Below, piece by piece: positions 36,623 through 49,210 of a DNA stretch of 64,000 bases; the stretch's first letter is position 1; each line of letters starts with the position of its first letter. The notes below the pieces were generated by a model. The model worked only from the letters and a program-made list of their open reading frames with translations. It ran no database searches and was not told the DNA's origin. The stretch covers positions 2,873,455 to 2,937,454 of the forward strand of contig OZ316899.1 of NCBI GenBank assembly GCA_973895155.1, read 5' to 3'. Position numbers and translations under genes: made by a program. Origin of the DNA: Marsupella aquatica (taxonomy: Eukaryota; Plantae; Marchantiophyta).

Positions 36623-39600
36623 TTAATCGTCCTCCAGCTCCTCCAGTTGTGCCCTTCTTGCAGCTGCCCTCTTCCTGATAAAAATTCCCCATCGCAAGGC
36701 AGCCTTGAGTTTCAGCCAACCAATATTAGCCCTGCCATTCGATCGAGCTCTGTCCATTGTAACATTCAAATCTGGTGCAGGCGAGAAAGATCCAAATGGA
36801 AAATTTTCGTCACCTTGCACAGTTGGATACGGATTTGGCGGGGATTCACCAGCGGCTGCATTAAACATGCGGAGCAGCTGCTGGATCTGCAAGTGCATAT
36901 CTTCATTTTCCAGTATCTCTAGACTTTTTGCACGTAGTTCCTCCTCTGAGAACAATTCGTCCACCTGAAGAGTTCGAGGTAGGCTGTCCTGCCCTCGCAA
37001 GTCTTTAAAACGAGGCCAGTCACTTGCTGGCATAATTGCGCCAGGCATGGTGCCGACTGGATTGGCACCAGCGATATTTGGACTTGAGGATGAACCCATG
37101 CTGGCTTGAGGAAGTCCAAGTGCCAAGCCAGTCATTGGGACATTAACTCCATGCATGAAGTTTTGGTGTGAGATGCTTAAGATAGAAGATTGACCGGGAG
37201 AGTAGTTCAAACCAGTACTCAAAGCCGTTTGGGAATTTTGATGATCTGTCACGGAACTTACTTGATTCAGATACTTAAGATTAAACTTTTGCTCCGGAGT
37301 TGGACTCACCTGCCCACCTGAACAAAGAGGAAAACTAACTCCGTTGAGGGACAACTAAAGATGACGGCCATTTACATATAGCATAAAATGCCTCCCTTTC
37401 CTCTCTAGCTCATCAACTGTTAACAATGAAAATTGTCTAAGGTTGTGCACACTACCTGTAAATGATCGTTCCATAGCCATTGAATGAGTAGGACCAGAGT
37501 GCTGACTTGATGCACTTGTCTGGGGTTGATGCCCACCCAGTGTGTGACCATTGATGGGATCCTCAGTGTGAGCATCAATTCCCCTGAGTTTGTAAGGTTT
37601 GATACCTATGAGAGCTTCCCCGTCGTATTCAACCACATTCTCCCAGTTTTCATAAGCAACCTTGACCAGCTTATCTACATATACCTGCATCATTAAGAGC
37701 CAAGTGAGCACCTTGTAACAAAAATAAACAAGCAAAGCAGTAAGCTAGCTACAACCAGAGGAGATAACAGTAGCAACAGACCCGAACAAACAGTAGCAAC
37801 AGACCCGAACAATGCATGATTTCACAAAGTGACCACAGTACATGGTTGAAAGTACCTTCTCACTGTCAGAGAGTGAGTCTACAGACATGTACTGTCCATC
37901 TGCTATGAGGCCCATAAGCTGGAAGATGTTATTAAATATGACGCCGATGTTCTGCTTATCATCCGCATAGTAAACATGAAGTTTGCCACTTAGAACACAT
38001 GTCTTCGCATGTTCTACAGTCCCTTCCCACATCTTGTTTGACATTCCATTCCCAAGAATCTGCATATATAGACGAAGTTAGCTTCCATAATTGCTGCAGC
38101 AGGCAGCAAGAATGATGCTGCAAAGATGTAGAACGTAGGGAAAATACCAATTGCAAAGGCGTCAACGGACTGCAACAGGCAGGACTGTCAACACACTATA
38201 TCCAATAAGAAGAAGCGTTCACATCTGACCACATCTAATACACTGCAGAAATCCCCCAAATAACATACAACGTATCAATCAATTCCTGCTACTCGGAATC
38301 CAAATATAGTGTTCCATAGCTGCGTGAATTTCAGAGCCTCTCCTTCAAAGGAAGACTCCTAAAAATGAGGGTTGCACTTAAGAAAGATTGCAACTCTTCA
38401 TCCATTTGCAATCAACACTATATCAGTGCATCAATCTGCAAAAGCATGATACGATACTCCCACAACAAAAGGCGTCCAAGTATTCGTTTTGGATCCGAGG
38501 GACCTGATGAAACTCCTTAGACTGGGTCGGATAGAAAGAAACAATAAACCAGAACATTTACTTGTCTAGTGGGAGTTCTGGTCAATCACAACAAACGTCC
38601 AAGATATGATTTTACCTCGTTTGTAATCCCCCAACTCAAGATGAAGGGATTACAAATACTGACCAATCTGTTCAAAACACCCAACAAGAACAAATGCAGG
38701 GGACGAGATATGCTAGACACTTCCTCATGAACTTTCAAATTCGGTATTAACATACATTACGTAGCTTCTGGGGGTCCATCACCACAAGCCTTAGAAAATC
38801 CTCCACTGTTTGTATTCCGGCCTGGTTTAATCGCTTATGGAAAGCACCATCTTTCCCAATTTTATCCAAACGCCACACTTCGTCATGCAGAGCAGGCGGA
38901 TAGTGCTTCTTGTACACTGTTTCACACAATACAACTCACTCAGAAGTTTCACCTACAGCTATGGCCTTGCACTGGCATGGTCTTTGGACCCAAGAACACG
39001 GCTACAAGGAGAACGAATGTCACATAATCTCCGCTTCCACGGCATTTCTTGTATCCAGAGGAAACTCACAAGTACCTGAAAGCAAAACTATGAAGACAAA
39101 TGAATGACGCTAGGGAGAGAGCTTAGACATTTATCACAAACATGCTATGTTCAAACCATTTCCATACAAGTAAAAAAGTATCATCTCAATAAACAAAGGT
39201 TTAAATGCCAAGGTCTTAGTCGTTGCGTTGAATATTTTACGTTCTCCGCGGTGATCTTTGACTGTAAATGCCTCGGTCTTTGCCTCACGAATGCGAAGCC
39301 CCTCACAGTAACCTGACGAGATTTTGACTCCCAGCCGAAACTTCCTACTCCGTATCCAGCTCGAGTTATCTGTGAAAGTCAATTCCCCCAGAGTTCCTAC
39401 ACCTTCCTTAAGAGTAACAGAGAGATCTCCTGTCAAAAGGGGTCTTTTGCCATCACGCTCCCTAACTTCATGGTTTTCGAAGTCATCTTGTGGCCAATCC
39501 TCCTCGTCATCAGCAGAAAAATCACCCTCGAGAACCACTACTTCAAGTTTTGCGCTTGATTCTGAACCTCCAATCACAACCTGACCGGAGTTGACATCTT

Positions 39601-41017
39601 GCAACACAACATGAATCGCTGATCCTTGTTCACCTTCCAGTTTGCTGCCAGTGAACAGGGGAAGGGCCAATTTATTTCTAAACTGAAGGCGTAAGCTTCT
39701 AGAATCAGGCCCTTGAATCCTTTTCGGTGATGATCTGCTGCAAAAACCAGAAAGCCCAAATCAAGATAACGGGCGTGCGTTTTGATGAACTTCATTAAAC
39801 GCAAAATGTTACAATTACAAACCTTTTGCATATCCCTACTCAAATGATATCGCTTGAGATCCCTGACAACGAACAAAGAAAGGTCACCTGAACCCCACTT
39901 TCGCAGGAGTAAGCTTAGCAAGAACCCGCTCAACCTCCTCTCCCACCTGCTCCTTATCACACAGAAGAGGTTAACGCATAGAGACCTCCATTTGGGCACT
40001 ACCCCTCAAACGTTGATCTGTAAATACATAGCAATAAGCTCCAATAGCCTAGTATAAGCATGGGTCTGAACCTTAGTGAAACACAATAACCCGTCGGCAC
40101 GGAAAGTCGAAAATAGCTCAGTAAACATTTGACTAGCGAAGGTGATTTATCGACTGCAATACGGACAGCAGAGGCCGGATCTAACGAAAGGAACTTCTTC
40201 CTCAGATTTGTTACCCCGTCGCTTAATCAAATCCAATAGAGACCTCTGCCGAGAAAAAAGGATGAGTTTCGCATGGAAGAACATGACCCATGTGACGTAT
40301 GGCCCCAACCACTGACCTACCGGTTCCTTCATTTTATAAAACCATATCCATCTCCCTGCCATCTCCCTGCCATCGACCAGATTTTCCGAGAGTAGCTTGG
40401 CCACGCTATCATACGGCATCGACGCGTCGCAAACACGGATTCTCCGCAAGTCGCGGTCTTTACTAACGCTCGCCAACAGATGACGAGAAACACCAGACTT
40501 TGCTACTGGCCCGCACGGAGAAGCAACATCGAAAGCTTCAATTGCAAATCCGAAAAAGGGCAACTTACCACCCTACGAAGTAAAGGCTCGAGAGTTGAGC
40601 AAAGCTTTTGAAGACTGTCCATCTTTACCGCTTCCACAATAACACTGTACACAAAACGACGAGGATTGATTCTGTATACTGCAGAAGCTTCAAGTCCGAG
40701 AAAAGGCCTACTTGGCGACTACGTGACAAGTCTGGCAAAAGAGGTCCAGTAGCCACAGAGATTCTCAAACACTTGCAGGGCTTCCCACGCGAGAAGTATT
40801 CCCGGAATCCTCATTTAGAGAGGAACCACACAGAGAAAACTCAACATGAAATAATTTATGTCGGAAAAAGGTAAAGGTAAACGAAAGGGCTGAACGAAAA
40901 GATGAATCGATTCAATACAAAATAAAACCTTGCAAGCGCAGGCACGCGTTGGCGCTTCTCTTCTGGCATCGCTTCGGTAAATACATCCTTCTCCAACGGA
41001 CGCTTCTCCCTTGCCAT
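36623..41017 (-). CDS. CBP60: Calmodulin-binding protein 60 family transcription factor, 8 exons, about 668 aa
   Basis: Exons 41017-40929, 40644-40569, 39946-39888, 39734-39241, 38916-38756, 38059-37856, 37684-37456 and 37317-36623. All introns are GT-AG with consistent phases; total 2007 nt. Motifs: [73 protein letters not shown] and the C-terminal CaM-binding [17 protein letters not shown]. Confidence 0.97.
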
Positions 41018-41770
41018 CTTGCAACTCTAATAAAAGACGATAGCGGCGATCGTGTGATCAAATAGTGGCGTGCTAACGTTTGTGCGATTGTGCGAGGCCG
41101 AAGGAATTGCAAAACCGAGCCAGACCTCTGAACATTCAAACCTTCGCGACGAGTACCAAGAAACCCACTCGCTTACTGGGCTGGGACTGGTGATCTATAA
41201 TTATTTTAACGATTTAATGAGGTGATCGCACACTCGCCTCACGAAACGGACCCTGCTGCCTCCGGGAATCTGCATCCGTGTGCAAATGGGAAGTTCTTCG
41301 GGAATATCTCCAAGTGGTCAAAGAGGTGAACTATCTGGTGATAAGCCCATCCTGATAACCCCAATCGTGACTTCTCGTCAATCCGTAGACGCGATGTGCG
41401 ACATTGTCGATCGTTCAGGTTCCTTATCGCCCGTAAACCACAGTTTTGATTTCATACACAAGCTCTCGACTCGAGTACAATTAAAACGCACGCGCCCACT
41501 TCATGCTCTTTAGTCCACAGCCGCAGTGCTCCATACTAGTACCATGGAGAAATTTGAGAGGACTCATAAAATCGAGGATACAAAGCCTTAATTAAAGCTT
41601 GACCTTCTCACTCCGAAGACTTGACTATCGAGTTCGCAACTCTAAAGACGATCCAAACTACAGTAAAGTCAAAACACATCAGAATTTATAAATCAGGAAA
41701 AACAAAGTACAATAAGTTCCAAAGAGGACAAACACTTAACGAGAAAAAAGAAAAATGTAAACCTAAAAAA

Positions 41771-43372
41771 TCTAACACTATAATAGGCAATGCTGCCAAT
41801 TTTGTCCGTCATCCCATTACAAATTTCAATTTCGGTGGGAAATCCTATTACAAATTTCAATTTCGGTGGGAATCAACACTGACCGTTAGATATGGGTGAT
41901 GGATTTTTTGGTATTCATCCGATTCACGATCCCTACCCTCTCCACTCCACTCCACTCCGGCACTGCTGCAGCAACAACGCACGCAGCATGATGGCCCATG
42001 AAACATGGCACATTAATGCCTCGCGAGTGCAAGTAGGGGCGTCGGGGCGAGGAGGGCCCAAAGCCCTATGTGCAAGCCAGGAGGGGAGGCGAGGGGGGAC
42101 AGCTAAATGCTCCCTCCATTTGGGGGCACTTGATTACTCGGCCCGAAGCCCTATGCTGAAGGGGCAAGGAGGAGGCATTCAGGAGCGAGAAGGGGTGAGG
42201 AGGGCCCCAAGCCCTATGCGCGAGCCAGGAGGGCTCGAGAGCATTTAAGGGGTCCGAGGCCCTATGCAGGAGCATTTAGTGGGGAGGAGGAGGGGGCTGG
42301 GTCGGGCTGGGCAGGGCCGGGGGGTCAGGGTAGGGGGTGTGGGGCCGGGGAGGGGGTTTAGCCGGGGAGGTCAGGCCGGGGATGATTCAATGCCGCACCA
42401 GGCCAGGCTGGACCGGACCGAGAGGAATAAACAGGGCTGCGGGGAGGGCCGGGCCGGCTCGGGCCGTGCCAAGAGTGATGCCGGGAGCTGTAGGGAAGGG
42501 CCGGCTCGGGCCGGGAGGGGAAGGGCCAGGAAGTCAAGATCGGGAGTGATGCTGGGAGCCCTAGGGAGCCGGGAAGTCAAGATCGGGAGAGATGATTCTT
42601 AGGTCATATCACCTAAAATATGTGAGCTAGCCTTTATATCTTTTGTTCTCCTTGACATATTTTCTCCCCTTTAAATCTTTTTCTCATTTCAACATTTTAC
42701 CACATTAAAACACTTTTGTCCAATAGCATACCAAATCAGTTATGCTCAAGACTACCTTTACTTGAGAACTTTGTGTCCATTGGATTAGGGAATGTTTTTC
42801 CAGGGCAGTTCAATGACAAAATGAGCCCTCTCCAAATACTGTTTCACAGGACTATCCTATCCTTACCGACGTCCTTCCTCCTCGCCCGACAACCGGCCTT
42901 ATCATGCCCTTGACGCCCTTCCTCCCCTCGGTCCTGATGTCTGGCTTGGGCCTCAATGCCCTCCCAGAGCCTGACACCACACAACACCAAACCCTCCCAT
43001 GCTCGACACCCCAAGTGCCTCCCTGGGTCGACGACACTTCCACGCCTCCCTACCTCGCCTCCCTCATGAGTCCCACCTTGACATCTTTTTATTGTCTTGA
43101 CATCTTTTATCACCTCTACATCTTTTTATCACTTTGAGATATTGTTCTCACCTTGACATCTTTTCTCACCTTGACATATTTTTATCACCTCAACATGTTT
43201 TTATCACTTGACATCTTTTATCACCTCTACATCTTTTTATCACTTTGAGATATTGTTCTCACCTTGACATCTTTTCTCACCTCGACATCCTTTTATCATC
43301 TCGACATATTTTTATCACTCCACATCTTTTTATCACTCAACATCTTTCATGCAACGCAGGGCATCGGGCTAG
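41771..43372 (+). mobile_element. Non-autonomous Helitron, 1.6 kb
   Basis: 5' end A|TCTAACACTATAAT; 3' end CATGCAACGCAGGGCATCGGGCTAG|T. This gives TC...CTAG ends, an AT target and a degenerate GCAACGCA-type 3' motif. Internal GC-rich and tandem repeats. Confidence 0.75.
43075..43345. repeat. Minisatellite with ~19-bp unit (CTTGACATCTTTTTATCAC-like) in the Helitron 3' part
   Basis: About a dozen degenerate units, with a higher-order duplication at ~43097-43170 and ~43207-43281. Confidence 0.85.
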
Positions 43373-43539
43373 TGACCAATAAAAAGAGAAAAGTGTCAAA
43401 CACTACATGAGTGTAAACTCAATTACTAGTGTCTGCATTGGAACATGTGACAAGAGCTAATGGGTCACATCCAATGTCCTAACTAAATCAGTAAGTGGGA
43501 CAGGAATGTCCTCTAGAGGGGCTAGCGTCTACGGGGGAA

Positions 43540-44875
43540 TAGTGGCACCCACTATGAGGGATCGACGATAAATGGCCCAAGCCTGGGCATGCTATAAGGC
43601 CACTGAAGTGCACTGATGAAAGTGTGTGGTCAAGATGGATAGTGGGGGTCCGGAGGAACTCACCCGTCCGTGAATATCATGAGCAGCCCATCGAAGAAGT
43701 TCATCAAACTGATGATGAAGACCCCCAAAGATCTCAATAGCTAGCGGGAGAAAGGTATCAGATGAAGCTTGAGCAACATATTTTGCCTTCTTTGTTGAGG
43801 CCGCCCGGGATGCCGTTGCCCCTATCATTGTTGCTACTATCTCAACGTGGTCCTGATGCAAAGGGTTTGCTACCACAACATCCACCAAGTACGTTGACCA
43901 TCACGGACCATGGTCAAATCAACCCACAAGTGTTGTGGGGGAGGACCAGGTAGCTTGAGCATCACCTCCCATCGCACAAGTACCAAAGACCCAAAGAGAA
44001 CCTGAGCAGTAGCATCTCTCATAGCATCATGAACAACTATGGTTTTGACTCCCAAACTACATCAAAACAGATGGACCCTTGTGGCATCACAAGGCTTCCC
44101 ATATGTGCAGAAAGTGGGTAGACGGTCAACAGGAAGATGGCCCAGACAAAGACAAGCGGTGGTGAAAACTCCTCTGAAGATATCCGCAGATGAGGGGTGG
44201 TCAGATTGGCCTAAAGCCACCCTCCAGCCCCTTTCCCTCCGAGAGAAAGCATCCTCGCTAGAAAGGGTGAAAGTGTGCATACGCTCATTCAACAAGGTCA
44301 ACCTGACGACGGAGAGGGTCCAAGGATAAAAACTCTTGAAAAGAAGGTACTGCACCGCATACAAGAGGACTGGGCATCTTGCAAATGAACCTGAAAAGGG
44401 AGGGAACCCTCCTCAACCTCCATAAGAGATGAAAGTAAAATGGGCCGATCCTCAACAAGGAAGCGATCAGCCAACAAAGAGCCACAAACCCAAAAATGCC
44501 AAGGGTGCTATGCTCTCAATGGAAGTAAGCTCAAAACCTCCTTGAGAAATAGGAAGTGTGAGCTGTTGGTGAAGCCACGGAGATAAGAGCAAAGAACCAC
44601 GACCTAATAGGGAGGCAAAAGTCTCTCAAATAGAAGCATCAAAAGTACGTAGGTGTAGACAACGATCCTTCGTAGGGGCATGCATCCTACCAAGATAAGA
44701 TGCCCTAAGGTGGAGGCATCTCAACAACATCCCAAATGTTGTCTGAGTATCTGTCAACTTAGGGAGCAAAGGAGCAAGGGCTAGAGCAACATGTAGAGCA
44801 TCCGCAATAAAGACGAGCAAAAGGTAAGAGTACCTATAGGAGAGCCAAGGACCCAAAGACTGCCCGCTGAAATAT
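43540..44875 (-). pseudogene. 3' fragment of a non-LTR retrotransposon with a restriction-like endonuclease (CRE/NeSL/R2-like)
   Basis: LTDTQTTFGMLLRCLHLRASYL (post-RT region); knuckle CTYGKPCDATRVHLF*C...HDAMRD; then VDLTMVRDGQRT/LVDVVVANP...KKAKY...FLPLAIEIFG (PD-(D/E)xK-like). Confidence 0.7.
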
Positions 44876-47800
44876 TGTGACGGGGTCCCCGTCCCCAAAG
44901 ACCACCCTTAAGTGGTTACGAAGCGTCTTTAATGTAAATAATCCTCATGTAAATAACCTATTTCCAACTTAATTTTATTTTTCTTCATGACTAAGTGAAT
45001 GAGACTTTTCCATGTGTTCATAGTGAACTAGAGGGTTGACGCAATGGGAGCCGGGGAGTAACCCATTTTATATTTATATTTTTTGCTTTCTATAGCCCCT
45101 TAGTTCACTTCGTGGCTGGGAGTTTGTTTTCTTAACGGAGTACCCTGAATTAGTTTGTTTGGAAACCCCAGCAGTTTAGATCTTAGCTAAATGGTTGGAG
45201 GCCTTTTGGGGGGGATTAAAACCCCAATTGGAAAGGGTGTGGTCAGGAGAGAAAGGGGGGCCATAAGGGGCAACCCCAGAGGCTGCCACATGGAATCCCT
45301 GAGGCTGGGAGCTCATAAGGACAGCCTGGCCCAGTAGTATGGGCCTGGCTTGTTGAGGCCCTGGCAGTGCAAGCAGGAGGTCAAGCAAAAGGGTCCCGAC
45401 AATATGGGACTCAAGTGGGAGGACTGGGAGGACTTGCAAGCCCCGCAGGGCTGGCCTAAGAGGCCCCGACTTGTAGAAACCCCGACTTGGAGAGGCCCGG
45501 CTTTGTTAAAAGGACCCCGACAGCAGGCAGAACCGGGAATAAAAGGAAAAAAGGGGGGGGCGGGAGTAGGGCAAGCCCGGTAGCAGAAGGAGCCGTGGGG
45601 CACACAAGGACACGCGCCAGCAGGAACGGGTGTCGAGCCCCAAAGGGCGAGCCGGGAGGAAGGAGCCGAGTAAGGGCCCTGACAGCCCACAGAGTTAGGG
45701 CAAGGAAAGGCGCGCATAGGGCGGCAAGCCGGGTTGCGGGCAAAGGGGCAGGCCATAGGGCCCTGTGCCCCTCTAAGGGAGAGCATTAAAGCCCATGAGC
45801 GAAGACCGAGGTAGGAGGGGGATGCGAGTTAGGGGGCCGAGGGGGGCTTAAAGCCCCGGATTTTGGGAGCAGGTACAAAGGGGAATAAATGCTCCCCTAT
45901 CCCAAGGAGGCCTCAGGGGCAGGTACCAAGCAGTAGCAAGTTAGGGGAGGGGTGAATTAATCCCTTGACTCCCAAGAAACAGGTACAAGGGGGGGTTGAG
46001 GGCGAATTAATCCCTTGAATTATGGGAGGCAGGTACAAATGGTGTGTGGCAAGCCAAGAGAGGGCGGGGTGCGCATTGAGGCCCCGATACCGGGAGAAGG
46101 GAGCCGGGATTGCTCTCATTGCTACGGATGGTGGTACTTTGGATTAAAGAAAGCGTTGGCCCTGGATCCCGAGAGTGTGAAACCCGGGGGAAGTATCCAT
46201 TTGATGGGATCCTTTCTCTTGGCTAGGGCAGAGGGACTTATCCTTCCATTGGAAGGAGAGACCGTGCCACCTTTCACCATGGAGATCGGTAAGATAACCA
46301 TGACCATCTTGGGAGACTTAACTAAGGAGCCACCGTTTGAGGCTGCAACGAAGCAAATTATGGAGGAGGACCCCAAGGAGGATAGCATGGTGTAATGGTT
46401 GGAATCACTTGTGGGGAACCCGGAGGAGCCACTTGATTACAATTTTCCGGATGTATACTTGGTTGAGTTACAAGATTTCCGTGACGGAGTGCATGAGGGG
46501 CTGAAGCTATGCCAGACCTTGAGAGAGACCTTCAACCAAGCAAATGCCAAGGTAGGGACTCTGCAAGTGAGTAACCAAGCGTTGAAGGATGTCTGCGGAA
46601 CTCGACTACCTTAACACTTAGCTCCGGCATCGCTGACTCTGTCGCCAAGCTCCCTTATGGTCCAGGCCCAGATAGGCCATCCGAGGAGGACTTAGCATGG
46701 GGAGACTTGTGGGCAATGAGACGTGGCACTAGCGAAGGCAAGGAGCCAAGCTGGTGACACACATTAAGGACTTAGACTAGCTGAGAGTTGGTCAGGTCAA
46801 GGGGAAAAGGGGCCGGGCTCAAGGTGAACCGTCCGGACCCCCGGACGGACTTTGAGTTCTGAAGGCTTGAGTGTGAGCCAATGGAGTTGACGCCATGGGC
46901 AACAGACACTTGGGGCGTGAGTTATGGCCCGATCCGGGTTTGGCCGATCGGGGACCCCAAGCGGCAATAAGACCTGAGGGCCTAGGCATGAGCACTGGGT
47001 TGGCCCGATCACAATGGGCTAAGGCACTCTGCTTGCGGACACCTAATGAGAAAGTTATGGGCATTGCCGGTTGGTGGCGGGCCTAGTATGCGCAATAGAA
47101 TCCGGGTTGGAGGCCAAAAGTTTAGGGACCAAAGATGGTTTGGGGGTGGCAGGTCTCCATAAACATATATGAGTGGAGTGGTGTCTCCCTCGGGGCCAAG
47201 GGCGAGCCAAAGTTGTGAGTCGCGACGGTCGCAACACTAAGGGAAAGCGCCAAACGAAAACGATGATATCTTCCCAACGAGAAGTCCATTGGAGGACTTC
47301 TGGGGTGCGTTGGAAATCTCTTGAGGAGGGCTACGTCCTCTTGAGCTCAACTGGGTTTGGGAGCACCATGGGTTCTTGAGGTTTGTGGGTGTTAGCTCGC
47401 CCGCTTGCCAAATCTTGTCGAACAGTAGCCAAGCCATGTTCAGTCTCCCAAGGGAGCTTGCATTGGGGAGGCAAGGCCAAGTAGGCATGGAGGTTGAGTT
47501 CCAAGGGTGCTTGGCCCCTAGACCATTTGTGGTGCAAGAACCGGGAGTTGGTTGCTAGAGTCGGGGCCATTCTGGTCCCGATGTGTTGGGACAAGCTTGG
47601 GACAAGCTTTAGGACAAGCTACACTATTTGGGCCATGAGCATGTCCTGGGGTCAGGGCCGTCAGTTGGTGATGGATACGTATGAGGGGGAACCCGGGCCG
47701 CACCCAAGGAAGGAGGTGTTATTGACGAACAGTGGGCGTGGGTTCTGGTTCCGACTAATGGCATCCGGAGGACCTATTGCTGACCTATTTACCAATGTCT

Positions 47801-49210
47801 GTTGAGCTTGAGTTAGGATGATAGACTTGGTGAGTTCTAGATCCTGAAGGGTTACTTATCGAGGCGCTTGGTTGCTTGTGCAGACAGTGAGGACCATTGA
47901 GTAGTGGTTGTGTTGGAGAGCAAGTGCGGCTTTGTAGGGGAGGGGCCACTGGTGGTGCAAGGGGCACTAGGTTGCTTGCTCGAGGTATTTTGTGGAGATG
48001 TTCAGGCACCAAGGGCACCTAGGCGTGGGTGCTGGGATTGGTGAGGGCGTTGGGTGGCAAGGTCCACCACTAGATGATCCAAGAGAGGAGTAGATTACTC
48101 AAGGAAGCTCAAGTATAGATTTCTCAGTTGCACGGAGCTTTGTCTACCAAGGCCAAGGAAGCACAGGTAGTGGGAGCCTTGAGGGAGGAGTTGGCTAAGC
48201 AGAAGCACAACTCTGGGGAGATGGAGAAATTGAGGAAACATGTTACGGAGCTACAAAGCCAAGTGGGAATTTTTGAGGCTAGGGCAAAGAGGAGCAATAC
48301 CTTGAGGATGGGGAAGAGGAAGAGCCCCTGCCCACCTAGTCCCACTCTCTCCCCCCACTTGGTTTCCAAGGCTATTGAGATGGTTGTGAAGGAGGTGATG
48401 GAGAAGTACGGGCCTATGTTGGAGGCAACAAGGAAGAGCACAAAGAAGTGTAAGAGTCTAGAGAAGAAGTTGAGGGAGGTCCGTAAGTCATTACGGGAGG
48501 TGCAACAAAGTCACGACGCCACAGGAATGTTGGGGATGCCACCCAAATCCGTGACCCCGGGAACTCCTATGGCCACTAGCCAAGTCATGCCATTGGAATT
48601 ACGGGGTGGTGAGAAGGCGACGTTGTGGAAGGACACCATCAATCAAGGGTACATCAAGGCTTGGCAAGTCTTGGCAACGATGCAGAAGCAGGGAACCTCA
48701 GGCCAAACATCAGGATGGACCACCCTAGAGAAGAAGAGGGGAGGGGGTGCTGCAATCACCCAAGGAGAGTAGTGAGGCAAGCGATGATTCCCGAGGATGG
48801 AGTCCCGACACTGTTAGTGATTCCAATGAGGACTAGTTGGCCGTACGGATGTTAGCCGTAAGGAATTTTATTCTTGACACAACTTTAAAGGGTCAACCCA
48901 CAAGCTGGTTTGAGGGAATTTGTTAAGCTGATTCCAGCAAGGTGCGGCACTCCCCAAACGGAGTCAAGATGGATAAGTTATGAGCCCGGGAGTTTTGGTA
49001 GTTTTACAGATTGAAACCCCCGTAACTCGGCTATTCGGGATTGGTTTTGAGTACCGTTTACGGATCCATGATCAGGAGGAGCAGGGCTGTCCAAGGCTAT
49101 TCTCAAGGGAGTAGTTTGAATGATCTTAGGTTTTGACCATGGTAGGGCTCCCTCACTTTTCACGGACTACGGATTATTGTTGGCACCGTCGAAGGCACCG
49201 TCGGTTCCAT
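44876..49210. mobile_element. Uncharacterised GC-rich repeat or LTR-like segment
   Basis: Begins TGTGACGGGGTCCCC and truncates the RLE element. Contains the 46594-48071 module and ORF-like pieces (46015-46614; coiled-coil-like 48128-48772) with no recognisable domain. Confidence 0.35.

Noticed and set aside
40147-40563. 138-aa minus-strand ORF as a separate gene or extra CBP60 exon
   Set aside because: It lies within CBP60 intron 2, the 8-exon model is complete without it, and it has no domain signature.
42264-42602. Gly/Arg-rich ORFs
   Set aside because: Products of the GC-rich GGCCGG repeat inside the Helitron.
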